A DNA stretch of 64,000 nt from Pecten maximus (GCF_902652985.1 NC_047018.1:41478001-41542000), one strand, 5' to 3'; counted from the stretch's first letter, positions 28,101 to 42,889 are shown. Notes: a model not told the origin generated them from the sequence alone. Translations and numbers: made by a program.

Positions 28101-31100
28101 CAAAGTACATAATACTTCTAAAAAAGCGAATTCTTTCAATTTGGCTACTGTACCGGTATCATACCAACAGGCCTAATACGAAAGCGCACCACCACACAAT
28201 AAAATAGCCGTATACTGTAAATATTGTTGTATTCAAGGGGATTCATTTTCGAGTTACTGTAAATATTGTTGTATTCAAGGGGATTCATTTTCGAGATTTT
28301 CAAGCATAGAATAAAATAGTAAAATATCATATACGTGTATTGAAAGTGAAATTGATAAAGAAAATTATTTTCATTTCTTCAAAACCTGCATCTGTTTTAA
28401 GATTTGAAGTATCGAACAAATATTTACAACTCATCATAAATGCACTGTTTCCGAACGACCTATCTATAAATACAAGTGAATAAGTTCGGAGCCAACCACC
28501 AATATGAAATAGGACAGTATTAGATTAAAGCCTTACACTGTCCTCCTGGGAGATACGTTGTAACCCACCACCAAATGTTGAACATGCTAGAGTGATGATA
28601 AACATGTAGGAATGTTATTTGATCATTCTTCTTTCTCAGTACCATCAATATGGTGTCCATAAACTCTAATAGCTTGGAGATAAAGTACCACCAGAACACG
28701 TTCGCTAGCTGCAACAAAGAAAACAATATTTCATTAATTTATTCCAATGATTTGGTGCATATATACTTAATGCTACTTCATATTTACAAAGTTTCGAATT
28801 CAGATTGATAGTCTTGGGAATATTAAAACATCATGTCATCTTAACGACTTAAGCAATGTTCCTAGGTAGATTTGAATTTGCAGTACAATATAAGTAGGTG
28901 TTTCATTTCCATTATCTGAGGCACCATTGAAAAAAACACATTTAAAAATGAAACCTTGTAATAACGATAACACCTTGCAATTCGAGTTGTGTGAATTGAG
29001 AGAGAATGAATATATATATACATGTATATACAAACGTGTTATGTAATGCGATGTAATTAATGACATGTTGTACACATAAATGTATTTAAATTCTATCTTT
29101 CAACAATAAAGCGTCCATTTGTATGTTCGCTAATCATACTTTTAAAAGTATATTATCAAACTAGTGTGCAACATCTACAAATATTAATCATGGATCAGGT
29201 TCCAGTATTTGACCTGCTATAACTGAAGTGCAATGTATAAACGATCGTAGAATTAAACGCTCGGATGACTCATACTTGCACCTTTGTTGATCAATAGGAC
29301 ATTTATGCATAATTGACAATACATGTATACCTTGTATGGAGTTATTGTTACGTGTGCATATCAAAGCACCATATCAAAGAAACACATATAGGTGTAATGC
29401 GCATGTATCAATGATTTAAATATCTTTTGTAAACGTTTTATATGTAGTATTTATTCAGAATTATATGTTATAGGTTTATATGCGTGTATAAACAATGGTT
29501 GCGTCTTTCAAGGTTTAAGGTAGATTGTCCCAACAGTCTATGTTAGATATCTCTAACACCGGAGAGTTTGATAATACTCCGAATTAACGGTCGTTACGTG
29601 CGAATTTGCAATAACATTCTTGTTTGTTTGGGTTTAACGTCCTCACAACAGCCAGGGTCATACAAGGACAGGTGTCTAGGGAGACATCAACACAGGAATA
29701 TGTCGTGTCACCAAAACAGAGAACATAGGAGAGTCCACTCTCGATCCTGTCAGCAGGATTCAATAGCAAAGCATATATTATTAACCCGCCATCGCTTACG
29801 CTTTAGGTTGTACATATTATGTTAAACGTTAAAAGCAACATAAGTTGAATTGGTAGTTCTTTCACTGTATAACTCTTTGAAAGTAGCCCGAACCAATAAT
29901 TATCTTGACAGGAACAGAGATGTAGCATACATTCAACAAGCACGAAGCGTCATTTCCAGACAAATGTACAAGTGGATACAAGTTGTGGAATCCTTATTGT
30001 AACTTTTGTACTGAACAACAGTATATTTATATGTAATATATATCACTTACCCGGAGCTCTCTTGGATTCTTATGCGTATCTTGGTTGTATATACAGCACA
30101 AAGGATCTTCTTTAAAATAGCCAATATCATACGCACTCGCAACAATCTGGAAAAAAATGTAATCGTTATAGAATTTTAATTCGAAGATAATTTTTCCACG
30201 AAAAAAAAGAGTCCTGCATTGTTGAAATTTGAACAACACTTCGAACAACTCATGTCTCAACGGATTTATGAATTATAAAGCCATGAAATTTAAGAACAAA
30301 CAGAAAAAATATTTCTTTAACTGTAATTGTTGTCTTACCTCTATCATTAAATATAGTGACATGAACACTAAGCCGAAGTTGTAGACAACCATGAATTTCT
30401 GCAAATTGAACGGTTTCCGGTTCTTCATTACTTTCGGACCGATGACAACAAAAGCGATGTATGATGCTGTAAGGAGCCATACGTGAAGTGGGTTGTCGTC
30501 CAGTAGAAACCAGTACCGCGTGCGGGGGTCTGTAAAGTGAGTTTAAAAACATGTAAATGAAAGTTATTATCAATTAAAAACAGTTAAATGTATTTGTTTG
30601 CATGTTCACAATAACAATGTAGTAACGCTTCATGATTGACTTAAATTGTAATTATTAAATGGGTATTTTATGACTGTTTAAGGATATCTTTAGCAATCAA
30701 TCATTAGTTAGTACATGTAATGTATTTTTGTAAAAAGAAATATGGTTTTATGAAATCTGACAAAATGCAAAATAATAGAGGTAAAGAATATCCTGGTCAC
30801 AACACCAAACATGTATTACTTTACAGCATTTGTGATTGACACATAAGACAAAACAACACCGTATACTTCTTATAAAATTGGTGGTACCATTTGTATTCGA
30901 ATGCTTAAAAAACGACACAGTTTAATGCACTGTTCCCTTATCAGAAACACAGGTGTGATATGAAATACTTCCTTTGGGTTGTTAAGTAAGTAAAGATATT
31001 CGTATATTAGAACTAGCTATGAAAATATGGCATTTCGGTGACTGAATGATGCAGTTGACAGTGTAGGCTGCACAGCTTTACAAATAAGCTTTGTTACTCA

Positions 31101-31499
31101 TTATACTCAAAACGAAAAGTGTATAGTTTTATCTAATTATGTTGTCTTTTAACACAACTATCATTTATATATAGTTTTCATATACTATCAATCTGAATGA
31201 GAAAAAAATTTCGAGGAAGACACTTAAACTTACTACTGGAAACGAAAAGAATAATCAATGATTAAATGTTTTGTCGTAGTTTTAAACATATACTTGCATA
31301 TCATTATTGCGAAAAATGAGAGAAAAATATTGACACTTTCATTTGATGTTTAAAACAAAAACTATCTAGGATACGAAAATATGGTATAGCTAAGTCATTC
31401 TTCCTTCTTTTATAAATAAACGTTCAGAATCTCACCTCTGGTCGACTTCCCTTCCTCAAAGGCCTGCAGTATACTGCTTACAATAGAACCGTTATTCAT
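25133..31499 (-). CDS. ELOVL2/5: Elongation of very long chain fatty acids protein, Elovl2/5-like (~308 aa). Coding exons: 31499-31436, 30529-30339, 30146-30051, 28708-28537, 27186-27062 (alternative acceptors up to 27498), 26229-26141, 25322-25133
   Basis: All junctions GT-AG with consistent phases; motifs [13 protein letters not shown] (KxxExxDT), [10 protein letters not shown] (His box), [35 protein letters not shown] resembles Elovl2/5 more than Elovl4. An acceptor 10 nt before the ATG implies a non-coding first exon further upstream. Confidence 0.95.
27132..27516 (-). repeat. 78-bp tandem repeat x5 spanning the intron/exon-5 boundary of the elongase
   Basis: CCATACTTTACGTTGTAG|CCTGG acceptors with exon starts at 27498, 27420, 27342, 27264, 27186. 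Confidence 0.95.
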
Positions 31500-32399
31500 G
31501 GTGTGATTCCTGAAACAGAACAATAAATTAAAGTACAAGAATACTAGAAGCATGGTGCATCATTGTGTAGGAACGACAATATGTCGGTTGGCAGGGCTAT
31601 TTGATTTTGTTGTATTTAATGCACAATAGACGACAAGGACAAAATAAAAACTGAAACTCGTTACGGAAAAAGTTCAGAAACAAGATGAAACCAAATTAAA
31701 AGTATACATCATGAAAGAGATGTCCTAACTATTGAAAATCGGAAATGGGGATAATAATTCACAGAACTAAAGAATATCTGGTGGTGCACATGGGGTCAGG
31801 GTAGACATATATCTCTAGTCTGTAGGTGTTAACATTGGCAGCATATGTTGTTGTTTCCGATCAATATTCATCAGAACACCGCCACGACACGCTGTAAGAG
31901 GGGAATACATGCCGACTCTATCAACTGATAAATAACACAATGTTGCTGTCCTCTCGCTGTTTGTAGTTATCTCTTGATGTTTGGTTTTGGAGACTTGTAA
32001 TTCTTTGTCAAAAATTAGTGATTTTTTTTCCTTTTTAAATAGGTTCAGAAACAAGATGACAACACATTAAAGTTACTTGTAGACATCATAAACAGATGTC
32101 ATAACTTTTGGAAATCAGAAATTGGGATAATTAATCATAGAAATAAAGAATATCTGGGTAGCACAGAGGATCAGTTTAGACATGGATTTATATTACAAGA
32201 AAAAGTGCATATAGTCCATATAGTAGCCGACACCAAATGTAAGCTTCTTTATGCTGATTTTTTAAAACGCGTTTAAATACTTGTTAAAACACTACATTAA
32301 AAATGTTACATAAAACACACTTCCGGTTGCGTATTACTATTTCAGAGGACACATAACGGATAAAACGACATAGACAAGGACAATGACCATAAGATCTAT

Positions 32400-32935
32400 T
32401 AGATCTGGAGAAAATGAAGCAATCTTGGGACAATGAAGCAATCTTGGGACAATGAACCAATCTTGGGACAATGAACCAATCTGGAGACAATGAACCAATC
32501 TGGAGACAATGATCCAATCTGGGGACAATGATCCAATCTTGGGACAATGAACCAATCTTGGGACAATGAACCAATCTGGAGACAATGAACCAATCTGGAG
32601 ACAATGATCCAATCTGGGGACAATGATCCAATCTTGGGACAATGAACCAATCTGGGGACAATGAACCAATCTTGGACAATGAACCAATCTTGGGACAATG
32701 AACCAATCTGGAGACAATGAACCAATCTGGGGACAATGAACCAATCTGGGGACAATGCTCCAATCTGGGGATAATGAACCAATCTTGGGACAATGAACCA
32801 ATCTGGGGACAATGCTCCAATCTGGAGACAATAATCCAATCTGGGGGCAATGAACCAATCTGGAGACAATGATCCAATCTGGGGACAATGAACCAATCTT
32901 GGGACAATGAACCAAACTTGGGACAATGAACCAAA
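32400..32935. repeat. 19-bp minisatellite (GGGACAATGAACCAATCTT), about 28 copies
   Basis: Visible 19-bp periodicity; gives 19-aa repeating ORFs in three minus-strand frames. Confidence 0.95.
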
Positions 32936-35900
32936 ACCGCTTGTTCAGATTTTATATTCCTTCAATTCAAGCCTATCACTTCTTTCATTATTCTATCATA
33001 TAATTTTGTAGCGTGAAGGATATTGATATCTTATCTATTTCCAACTCCATATTCTCCACCGGAGAACTGAATTGCGATATCCTTATACGGACATAAGAAA
33101 CCATTGTTCTAACTAAAAAAATAAATCGAGGGAGAAATATAAACAAAGAATATGCATTCGTATGGGAACCTTGAACAAATGCCAGGAGAAAGAAACAGGC
33201 GTTTCAATAGGGTAAGCGTCTTGTTTGTTTTATATTGCACAGGAAAAAGAATATTTCCATATGACATCTTGATGTCGACCATAAGTCTTCCATATGGTCT
33301 TTAATAACCTGAGAAATGTTGATAATATCATTAGAATACAGATATCTACACATGAAAAGTTTTAACCGAAAGTATTCTTTAGCTGAGTTATCTAACCCAA
33401 CCCTCGCGAAATCGTTAAATTAGTTAAAGATCAATTGTTTAACCTAACGCGTGTAATGGACAAACAAGACTAAGGTGAATATCACATATCAATATATTTT
33501 CAGTAATGTAGAGCGTACACGCCGAATAATTGATATAAAACTGAAATATACAGCTGGTTCAGCCGTCTAGGACCCATCAGTGATGGTAAGTGCATTTAAA
33601 TCAATTATCATATAAAATATAGCAAATATTGAAGGGAATACCTAAGTGGCGTTGACATAAACCACTGCTATTAGAAACGCAATTGTTTCCATCTAACTTG
33701 TCAGGATATATCGAATAAATTTTTATAAATTTGTAATTATTTCATTCTCCTGTGTATATTATAATTATATCTAAGGCCAGCTAGCCACAGCATTTCCATC
33801 TCTCAACGTTAGTACACGTGAGTGAATTGATTGTTGGACTCCAAGTCGATATTAAATGACCTGGCAACCCCATCAGGTAATGTTTGTAGATCACTGTGGG
33901 AAATGTCACAGGTCAGTACGGACACAAACACACACTACTGATACCCGTGTTAGATTTCACTCATTTGTTATTTTACCTTCGAGGTATCTCACTGAATGTC
34001 GCAAGAGGCGACTTATTGTGGGTCCATCTGGGCAACTGGACCGTGGGTAGTTTTCCCGATGTCCACTTTTTAAAGATTCTGGAGACCGACCCTAAAACTT
34101 ACGCCTACTGTATCCTTCTGTGTTAGATTATAAAAGGCGACTTAATGTGAAAATGTCCGAATGAGAAGGAGGAGGAGCGTGGAAGGACCAGATAGGTTCT
34201 TGTATTTTCCCTAGTGTCATCCGTTTGCAAGGACATTTGTAGAGGTAAAATACAATGGTGCAAGGTCGAAAGCTTTACAACAAAAATCAGCTGAATTCAA
34301 ATAAAAATATGCAATTATTCTGTGAATAATATTGTGACATACTTCAGTCCTCATCAAGGAGTAAATAATTTTTCGCGATAAGATAAAGGTTCAGGGACAA
34401 CTTGACGGTCATATTACGACAGTCTGATTAAATACGCAACCTCATAAACCAGCATATTAATCGAACAGTGTGAAGGCCGAGAAATGACATCATCCAAAAT
34501 GAAATTAGCACACGTTATATAATTCAAAGAATGACAAAGAGAAAATAACATTGACAGAGAATAAATTCAGGACTGGTTTTGCCAAGTTCCTCAAATCCTC
34601 TTTACAACATTTTTATAATCTTTTTATTGGCCCTTCCTAAGGCGAGAATCCTCTTGTGCCCATCAATGTTAAAGAAATTGCCTTACGGCTGAGCCACGCT
34701 TTTGTTGTCATGACGTAAAGACCTTCTTAATTGCCTGATTATGGTATGGTCTATGTAACATATTTAACCACGATGGTGGAAAAGCCCATGGATACTTTAG
34801 TTGTTTTCAAGTACTGTTCCCCACTCATCAGAATACTAGTATCGGGAGGTCACCATATTAGTCGTCTCTCGCGCACATGTACCAGGTGACAATTAATAGC
34901 TGTTGTGTCCCTGACATTACAGAGGTGATGAAAACAGGAAAACATGACAGAAATAAAAAGAAGCAACTCGGATACCAATGTGTCATGCAAGACATAATGA
35001 ATAGGATCAGGTGTTCCTAAAGGTTAAGTGTCTTAGTATTTACCTACATCCTCCATACAAAGGAAATTTAGGTAATGTCATGTTTTCAACGTGAGAATCG
35101 AGACAGCGACAATTTCGTATCTTATTTATTGTTAATATATGGTTCATCTGATGACATAGAAACATAGGAACGGGGATGGAAACAAATCAGTGTTAGCGAC
35201 TGGACAGTTACGCTGAAATGAAGGTCAATAGACAGCGACACTTGAAACCTTCCTGGATATGATGACCACTGATATTTGATAATCAGAGTTCATATTTGCT
35301 ATGCAGAAAGTAAAAACATCACTAAATTTAGCTTTTTTCTCACTCTCTCTCATTTTTTCTTTCCCTGATTCTTGATTTTGAGACGAAAACAATGGAAATC
35401 CAGTTTATTTTTGTGATCTTATGTATTATTCTATATATATCAGCTGAGGTTAGTGTGATATAGCATCTTCGTTTGAAATAGAAAAAAAAAATCATTTGCA
35501 TTTAGAAGAGTTGTCAATACAAATACACACAGTAGGTCCAACTCAAAGTCTGTCGTTAAACAATCTGGCGTTTGTAGGTCACTCGACACATGCCTATGTC
35601 AAATACACTGTACAGAATTGTACTACATTCTACCTGGTAGGCTAATAAGTCTTTATGCTAATGCACGTTCAGTGTGAATTCTGTGAAACACTGAATACCG
35701 GTCAGTCTTAACTGTGACCACTAATCCCTTCATCACCCTGAAAGACTAATCGGATATGCCTTTTGTTTAAACATAATACGTTGTAATGACAGTTAATGTT
35801 CTAATGTTTTGTTTGAAGTGTTAAGCCTGTCGTTAAAAGTGCTGATTAAACAGTTACACGACGGATGTACCGTTTGTGTATTTACACATATGATGTTTCG

Positions 35901-36074
35901 AATTTGCATGTACCTCCATGATGAAAAGTCACTTAAAGTTCTAAAATTGAGAACCACTTTTATCTGACACCATGATAAGGAACCGCATCATCAAAATAAA
36001 GACCCATTTAAAGTGCTGCTATACTGTATAGCCACTTTTTAAATTGCCACCTTCCTAAAGAGCCATACCATCAA

Positions 36075-36325
36075 AACAAGCATGCTGGGTATTGATAAAG
36101 CAGTGCATGTCCCTTACTGTCCCCCGCTTAAAATAGTAACAGTGATCTTGACCTTGACCCAAACCCCCTGTAACCTGAACTTGATCTATAGCTACTGATA
36201 CTGACGTTATATACCAACTAATATACCGTGAAGCATGACTGAGAAAAGTGTGGAAAACTGAGTGGACGGACGGACGGACAGACAGTCGGCCGGGCAGGAA
36301 GCCTAAAGTCCCTCGGTTTCAAGAG
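36075..36325 (-). mobile_element. Short or degenerate HINE/pearl-like element in reverse orientation
   Basis: Begins AACAAG, contains TGACCTTGACC motif and (GGAC)n/(AGAC)n microsatellite. Confidence 0.45.
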
Positions 36326-36691
36326 ACAAAAGGACGAAATGCCACCAAATTACATGTAAAGGAACAATGAAAGTCCTACCACTAATGGCTGCTGAAGTGC
36401 CATAGCATAGAAACGTCATTGAAACTGCCACAAAAATAAGGAAGAATAATTTTCATGTGCCTTAGAGCTGAGAGCAACATTACCAAATTAAAGACGTCTG
36501 GAAGATGTCATTTTCATGTGTCACCACCATAAAGAGTCATGTCATCAAAATAAAGAGATTCATTTTAAATTGCTGTCACGCTGAACACTCACGTACGATG
36601 CCGCCACATTGAAGAGCTGCTTTGAAACAACTTAACGTTCCTCCACATTGAAGTGGTACATCCTAGACAAGGTTGGATACCATATCAAGCC

Positions 36692-36785
36692 TCGTTATTC
36701 TGACAAAAAGCTAAAAGAATTTTTCGTTATTCTGACAAAAAGCTAACAGAATTTTTCGTTATTCTGACAAAAAGCTAACAGAAAT
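36692..36785. repeat. 32-bp tandem repeat x3
   Basis: TCGTTATTCTGACAAAAAGCTAA at 36692, 36724, 36756. Confidence 0.9.
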
Positions 36786-39688
36786 TTAAAGGGGAGACAA
36801 CTAAATAAAAATCAAATTTACAATCAAAATTAATGACAACACAAATCTCTGTAACGTGTACTAGTATTTGTATCATCATCATCTTGCTTAACAAGACGAA
36901 ACAAAAACGCTAGATTCTGTAATCAACCATCGTCTTCTCTGTTTATCACGCGCCCAACATCAATAGCAAGCCATTTATGGATTATTAAGATGTATTGAAT
37001 TATATTCACATGGATATTTAAAGTATACGATTGGTATGGATGTGCACATGATTTGGAAGACATTGACGGGTTGAACATTAGCGCGTTACCCTGCCAATAA
37101 CTGTTCAGGAATTCACCCTTTCTGCGTTGACCACGTATAATAGTTGTCCTGCTCAGCCAAGCAGCAACAGGTCTAGTTTCATTCGAAGTGTACTCAGTTA
37201 TTTGGCCTGTATGTTAGAACTATCATGAATACACTGTCGGCTGTTCAATGGTTTGAAAACGTGTACGATCATTTATAATCTTAGAGCTTTTTCAGTCGGA
37301 GATTGTCACTCAAAATAGTTGATCAATAATGATAAAGGCGCCGGTTCGCGGCTAAGTCACCCATACAAATTTACACACAACAACGCAATTCATAGCACTC
37401 CGCGGGGACACTAACGTCGACTATATACAATCTAAAGGATGCAATGACAAGTACGGCTATATAAACGATATACTAATATAAAGGGGGACATGTTCTGTTT
37501 ACACCAAGGTTCACTCGGAACACAAAACTGTAGACCCAATGTTTGGTAAACGGCTGAAACGATCTCCGGCGTTGTTTTTCCTTTTTTCTTTTCATTTATC
37601 TAACTGATCGATATGAAATATGATCTTTTTAATCACTCGTGAACTTTTGTGTCATTTATCTATTTTGGCAGATCGATATTGATTTTATTTTTTCGACAAA
37701 TATGATTTTTGTTGTATTGAATTTCTTAGATGTCTTTGTCGTTCGATATATTTTAATCGTCCCTGTATTCTGTCATGAACATTTTTTTTCTTCAAAATCT
37801 CAAATATGTGGTGCAAAGTTGAAAAGGGTAGGAGAGAATCTTTTCGAAAATTCTGTAAAAGATCAAACAGGGGTTGGACGCAATTGTAGATAAATGAATC
37901 ATGTTTATATTTCGAACGCCATGAAGAGGAGAAATGAAACCTACCTTAGTTGCTAAAATACTTTTGTTTATTTCTGAAAGGCTATGAAAGACTTCGGGAG
38001 ATTACGAAGGTTTGTCAAAAGCCGTCTGCTGAAGCGGATGGTAATTGAACAGAGCGTTGCATTATTAAGTGTTTTTTATTGTTCTTTTAAAATAAATGTA
38101 TTGTTTAAATCCACATGATTGTACTCGATTCGTATTACTTACATGAACGACAATAAAGAACTAGAACTTCGGTTGTTTGAATTACGTGGGACTTGGAAGC
38201 CGACGACATCAGAAAAACACATGATTTGACATGTAATTTTCTTTTGACAAAGGATTTTAAATACGTACGCTGTTGTGGAAAGGGTTTTGGCGTATAAACC
38301 AAACATAATATATGAATTATAGATAGGATTAGTATTAGCGAAATAAATGATTCCTAAAATATGATTAATTCATAGTTTGGAGTTGTACACACCGATATAT
38401 CACAGCAATATAGCTATCTCAAAACGGTTCGCAATTTATTATTTGATGTTGTTGGACATTTAGCAACCAACAAATCTCCGTCTCAACTCCCTGTGGTATT
38501 CAGCCGGAGCTGCCATTTCGCCAATTTCACACATTTCTTGCACTGCCCTACAACGTACGTATTTAGAGCGGAGTCGACTGAAACACATTGGAGCAAAGTA
38601 TCTTGTTCAACACAGCGCTCGCGCCGGGACTCGAACTAGCGACCCTTTGGTTACGTTGCGTCCTACCGCCAGACCACCATGCCTAAGTACATTTCGAATT
38701 ACATAATATAATATAATATAAATAATGTATTTCAAAACTCTCAGGGTCTTTAGGCATAAATATGCGTATTTGCTTAACCGGGATGTCCATTTTTGTTTCT
38801 ACCATTTCGTTATTCAATAACAATTTTAACAATTTAATTTGGGAGGGGTAGTCTTGTTTTTTAACCTTACGAGAACTACTACCTGTACCAGTATAATGTA
38901 GTCTAGACATGAGTCATCGCCAGATTTGTACATGTATATCAGTGCGTGACCGTTTCTTGGGTCAGTAGTCTGGTCATGATCATAGGGATTCCCCAATACG
39001 TGTAATCAAGAAAATAATTATTTAAGGCGATTACATACCTAATGAAAAGGTATACGGTTTTGTTGCGCTGACAGGCCGGTACACGTGTTATACTAGTACA
39101 GCCAGCTAGTATTGAACTACCTGTGGTATTGGGCAAAACAATTGTATAACAATGCTTGGCTGTTGTTTACACACACATACCAGCGATTATCCTAACAACA
39201 GAATTCGAAACGAAATTCTCACCCTTTTTAATGTTCAAGCAAAAATAACAAAAGACTATACTTGTGGTAGTCAGTAACTAGAATGGGACCACTTTAAGGT
39301 TTAAAAGTAGGGTTTAAAATTTTCAGGAAAGCCTGGTCAACTTGTTTGGTTACATTGGAAATATATTAGGTAGGTCTAACGTTCGGATGGGGGTTGGAAG
39401 GGGCAATTGAACATCTTCTCCCACAAAAAGAACGTGTATACTCTGCACACTTTTTATTTTTAATAAATTATTTTCAAATTAGATAATATTTGGAAAGACA
39501 TTTTCTGTATCATTCACTTTTCAACTCTTTTCTGGAGAAATATCTTAATATGCTGTCAGACAAGAACGAACGCTCGCATGTGTTTACTGCGTGTCCAAGC
39601 AATAAATCAATAAAAAAATTATCCATGTAAGAATGTTATCAATGAAAAAAATATACATATAATACAGAATATTTCTTCCATTGCTTAC

Positions 39689-40565
39689 CTTTATCAGACA
39701 CCACTTTCCTCCTATGTTTACCTGTAATTAATTAGCATAGGTATATCACGTCCCAAGTATATGTTGACCGAATGGACTGTCGTGGTATGTGCCGGGTATA
39801 TGAACCACACGTGGTACACCGCGGCTCTCAACGCTAGTGTTGCTTCAACATGACTCGGCGTGTGTCGTTAAGGTGAAAGTAGGTCAATGCCAACTCGTAA
39901 TTATAAATGCAAATATATATATATATATATATATCTGAATGTGTTTCACTCCTCACCCTATAACTCAATTTATATATAGATCACACACACACACATGTGT
40001 ATTTATGTTCCAACACGTTGAAGAATACATACACATGTACGTTGTACATCGGCGCGGTATAACACACATGAAACTCTCACCCACGTGTTCGTCAGATCCG
40101 TACGGACCTTTACATATCGCTGTCTGCTAGACCTGTACTTTAAATGATCAACTCGAGTGAAAATAAGGACAAGATTTGATAGAGGTAAATACAGGTATAG
40201 TGACTTACTAGCTGACCCCACGTGATCGGGGTCTTTCTCTCCTCTAGCTGACGTATGTACGTGGTACCAGTGCTGGAGGTTGATACAGTGATGCGCCGCG
40301 TGGGTGTTGACATAAATTGGGTGTAACCAACACCTGACAGGCGGCTCGAATAACTAGCGTTGATATGAGGTCAAACAATATCACGCCACTTGATACCATA
40401 CACATACAATTTCTATAATACAAAACTGCACCTTAAATCACCTGATCACGTGACTGGACTTACCCCAGTGACAGGAAATCTTCAAAAACAGATATCGTTC
40501 TTTAAAATAAAAATATCTTACACACTACACCACAATACAATTACATCTACCAGAATGATTGGACA
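39689..40565 (-). promoter_or_regulatory. Candidate elongase promoter and non-coding first exon with SREBP-type and NF-Y motifs
   Basis: Minus-strand donor AAG|GTAAGC at 39688; ATCACGCCAC 40380-40389, ATCACGTGAC 40445-40454, CCACGTGAT 40218-40226, ATTGG 40558-40562; locally CpG-richer. Confidence 0.35.
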
Positions 40566-41049
40566 ACAAGCTATACGCTTATATTGATTCGATCTATTTC
40601 CTTCCTACTCTGGAAAGTGTTATCTCGTATGGCACACATGCTTAATATGATTGCCTATTCCGGAGGATCCATGTGATTAACTTTGCTCTTTTCATTTATT
40701 ATTAATATGTCCTGTTGTTTTTACATCCCTAACTTCCCTTGTTTGTAAATCACTGTAAATCCGGCATAATTGCTAATTTCAATTTCTTAAATATGTTTGG
40801 TATGACCAAGTCACCCAGCAGAGAAATGATGGAACTTGTGCACAGGAACTTGGCACGGATTTCAAACTCACGGTCCATATAATGATATACAGCGTATACA
40901 ATTTGTATATATGTATTACACGAATTCCCAACTCAAGATCCATATATGCATGTTTTGTAGATATATTTAAGCATTAGCGCGCTTCATGTTGAATTTGCAT
41001 CTGTCCAGTTGGCATTCATATTGACTAGTTGGCAGTTCATAAGCTGGTG

Positions 41050-41274
41050 GTTTGGTTTGGTTTGTTTTTGTTTAACGTCCTATTAACAGCCAGGGTCATT
41101 TAAGGACGTGCCAGGTTTTGGAGGTGGAGGAAAGCCGGAGTACCCGGAGAAAAACCACCGGCCTACGGTCAGTACCTGGCAACTGTCCCACGTAGGTTTC
41201 GAACTCGCAACCCAGAGGTGGAGGGCTAGTGTTAAAGTGTCGGGACACCTTAACCACTCGGCCACCGCGGCCCC
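41050..41274 (-). mobile_element. Full-length tRNA-derived SINE with V-domain-like core and 11-bp target site duplication
   Basis: Minus strand starts GGGGCCGCGGTGGCCGAGTGGTTAAG (A box), GAGTTCGAAACC (B box), core GGTTTTTCTCCGGGTACTCCGGCTTTCCTCC, (AAACC)n tail; TSD ATAAGCTGGTG at 41039-41049 and 41275-41285. Confidence 0.88.
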
Positions 41275-42889
41275 ATAAGCTGGTGAACTCGCAACTGAAT
41301 TGGTAGGGTTATATAGTGGCAGTGCCATACAATGGTAAATATAGTATAATACATACATATGTATATGCATGGACCATGGGTTTGGAACTGTATTCATAAA
41401 ATGGTCATTAGACCTGGAGAGAATGGGCTTGTATCCAGTATACTCTAACACAATACTTATATATCGTTGAACCGTTATGCTTGTATGTGTATTGCCACCA
41501 AATTGCTTATGTTATCATGATTGTGCAATACAATTTTTAGTTGGATTAAAAGTGCACGATCAAATCACATGGACAATGGTTTAATGTACGTGGATATACC
41601 GAATGTGACATATATATTCGAGATTTGAGATGCTGTGATTGATACTTTGCGGGAGTTTGCATTTTGGTATCTGTGCGTAGTGTACGAGAATACCAGCTGG
41701 GCTTCAGGTGTGAAACTTATCAACGAGTGACGTAACATTATATTCGTGCTGCTAACAATATTATCTAAGCTTATTGATGTAAACACATATAAATCCCTTT
41801 CTGGATCGAGGGAATCGGAGACGGACCTTTCTGCGGGGATTTTGATAAATTCGAGTTAAGCTTATACATTGTACAAAAGTATGGCCCTAATTAACTGTCC
41901 ATAGAACATGGCAAATAAAACTGGGGGATTTATATTTTTGATTTCGTAGAGATCTGTCCAGTTCCTTAAGTTTTTAACTCTGGGGAGATAGCCGATAGTA
42001 ATAACATATAGAATGCAAAACGATGGTTCTTTACAAAAAACTGTGGGACTTGAACAAGTCTAACCCACAGATTTAAAGAACTTATATTTACGCAAACCGC
42101 GTCTGTCAATAGAATATTGGTGATTCAGAAAGTAAACAAAAGTTCAATAACGTGGGACACGTATGTGCAATCTTATAGACAGATCGAAGACAGAAAGGTT
42201 GGGCGTGGACAGTGTCTATACTTGTATATTTACACACAAGTCTCACATTTTTAGATTCTCGATTGACTAATTTGACGTGTATGAACGCACAGACAGGATT
42301 GTACCGAACTACAATGACAATGCTTGTATTGGCGATTAACAGGTTGGCATTTAAATTTGAAATATGTGAATCTATTCACTCGGGAGGGAAAACATGCATT
42401 TTGAAAGAAATTATTAAAATATATATATATATATAATTGTAGAGCACCAAGCTGTCAAATTGTACTGTTGTCAGCTTAAACTTGTTCTGAACCAAATTGC
42501 TTTTTTTTCTTCTCTTTATTTCTCTCTCGTCTTTCGTGTGTTCTTTTTCAATCTTCATGTATATATATATATACCTAAGGACATAATATACTAGTACATT
42601 ATGTACACGTTTATCACACGTCAAAATTAATATAAAATGGCAGAATAATCTAGATAATTAGTTTGTGTTGATAAATGGCCTTAGTTAATCATCGTTATCA
42701 GACTGTATGGACGTATTGACACTCGGAACATAATAGTAGCTCGGTGGATTTACAAACACAGTGTGTAAACAATATAACGACACATTAACGAACCCTTTTC
42801 TGAGCTACACTCACTCCTTAGATATCTCGAACTACAGCAAGTCTACAACTAAAATGTATAAATATACTACCAATACAAGCAGTGGCTTA

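Noticed and set aside
31640-32190. ~140-bp diverged direct duplication upstream of the elongase ATG exon
   Set aside because: Contains no exon or recognisable motif; ordinary intronic duplication
32284-32934. Three overlapping 175-216 aa ORFs
   Set aside because: Translations of a 19-bp minisatellite that is stop-free on one strand
41150-41274. Possible tRNA gene
   Set aside because: A and B boxes are followed by a SINE core, tail and TSD; no convincing cloverleaf
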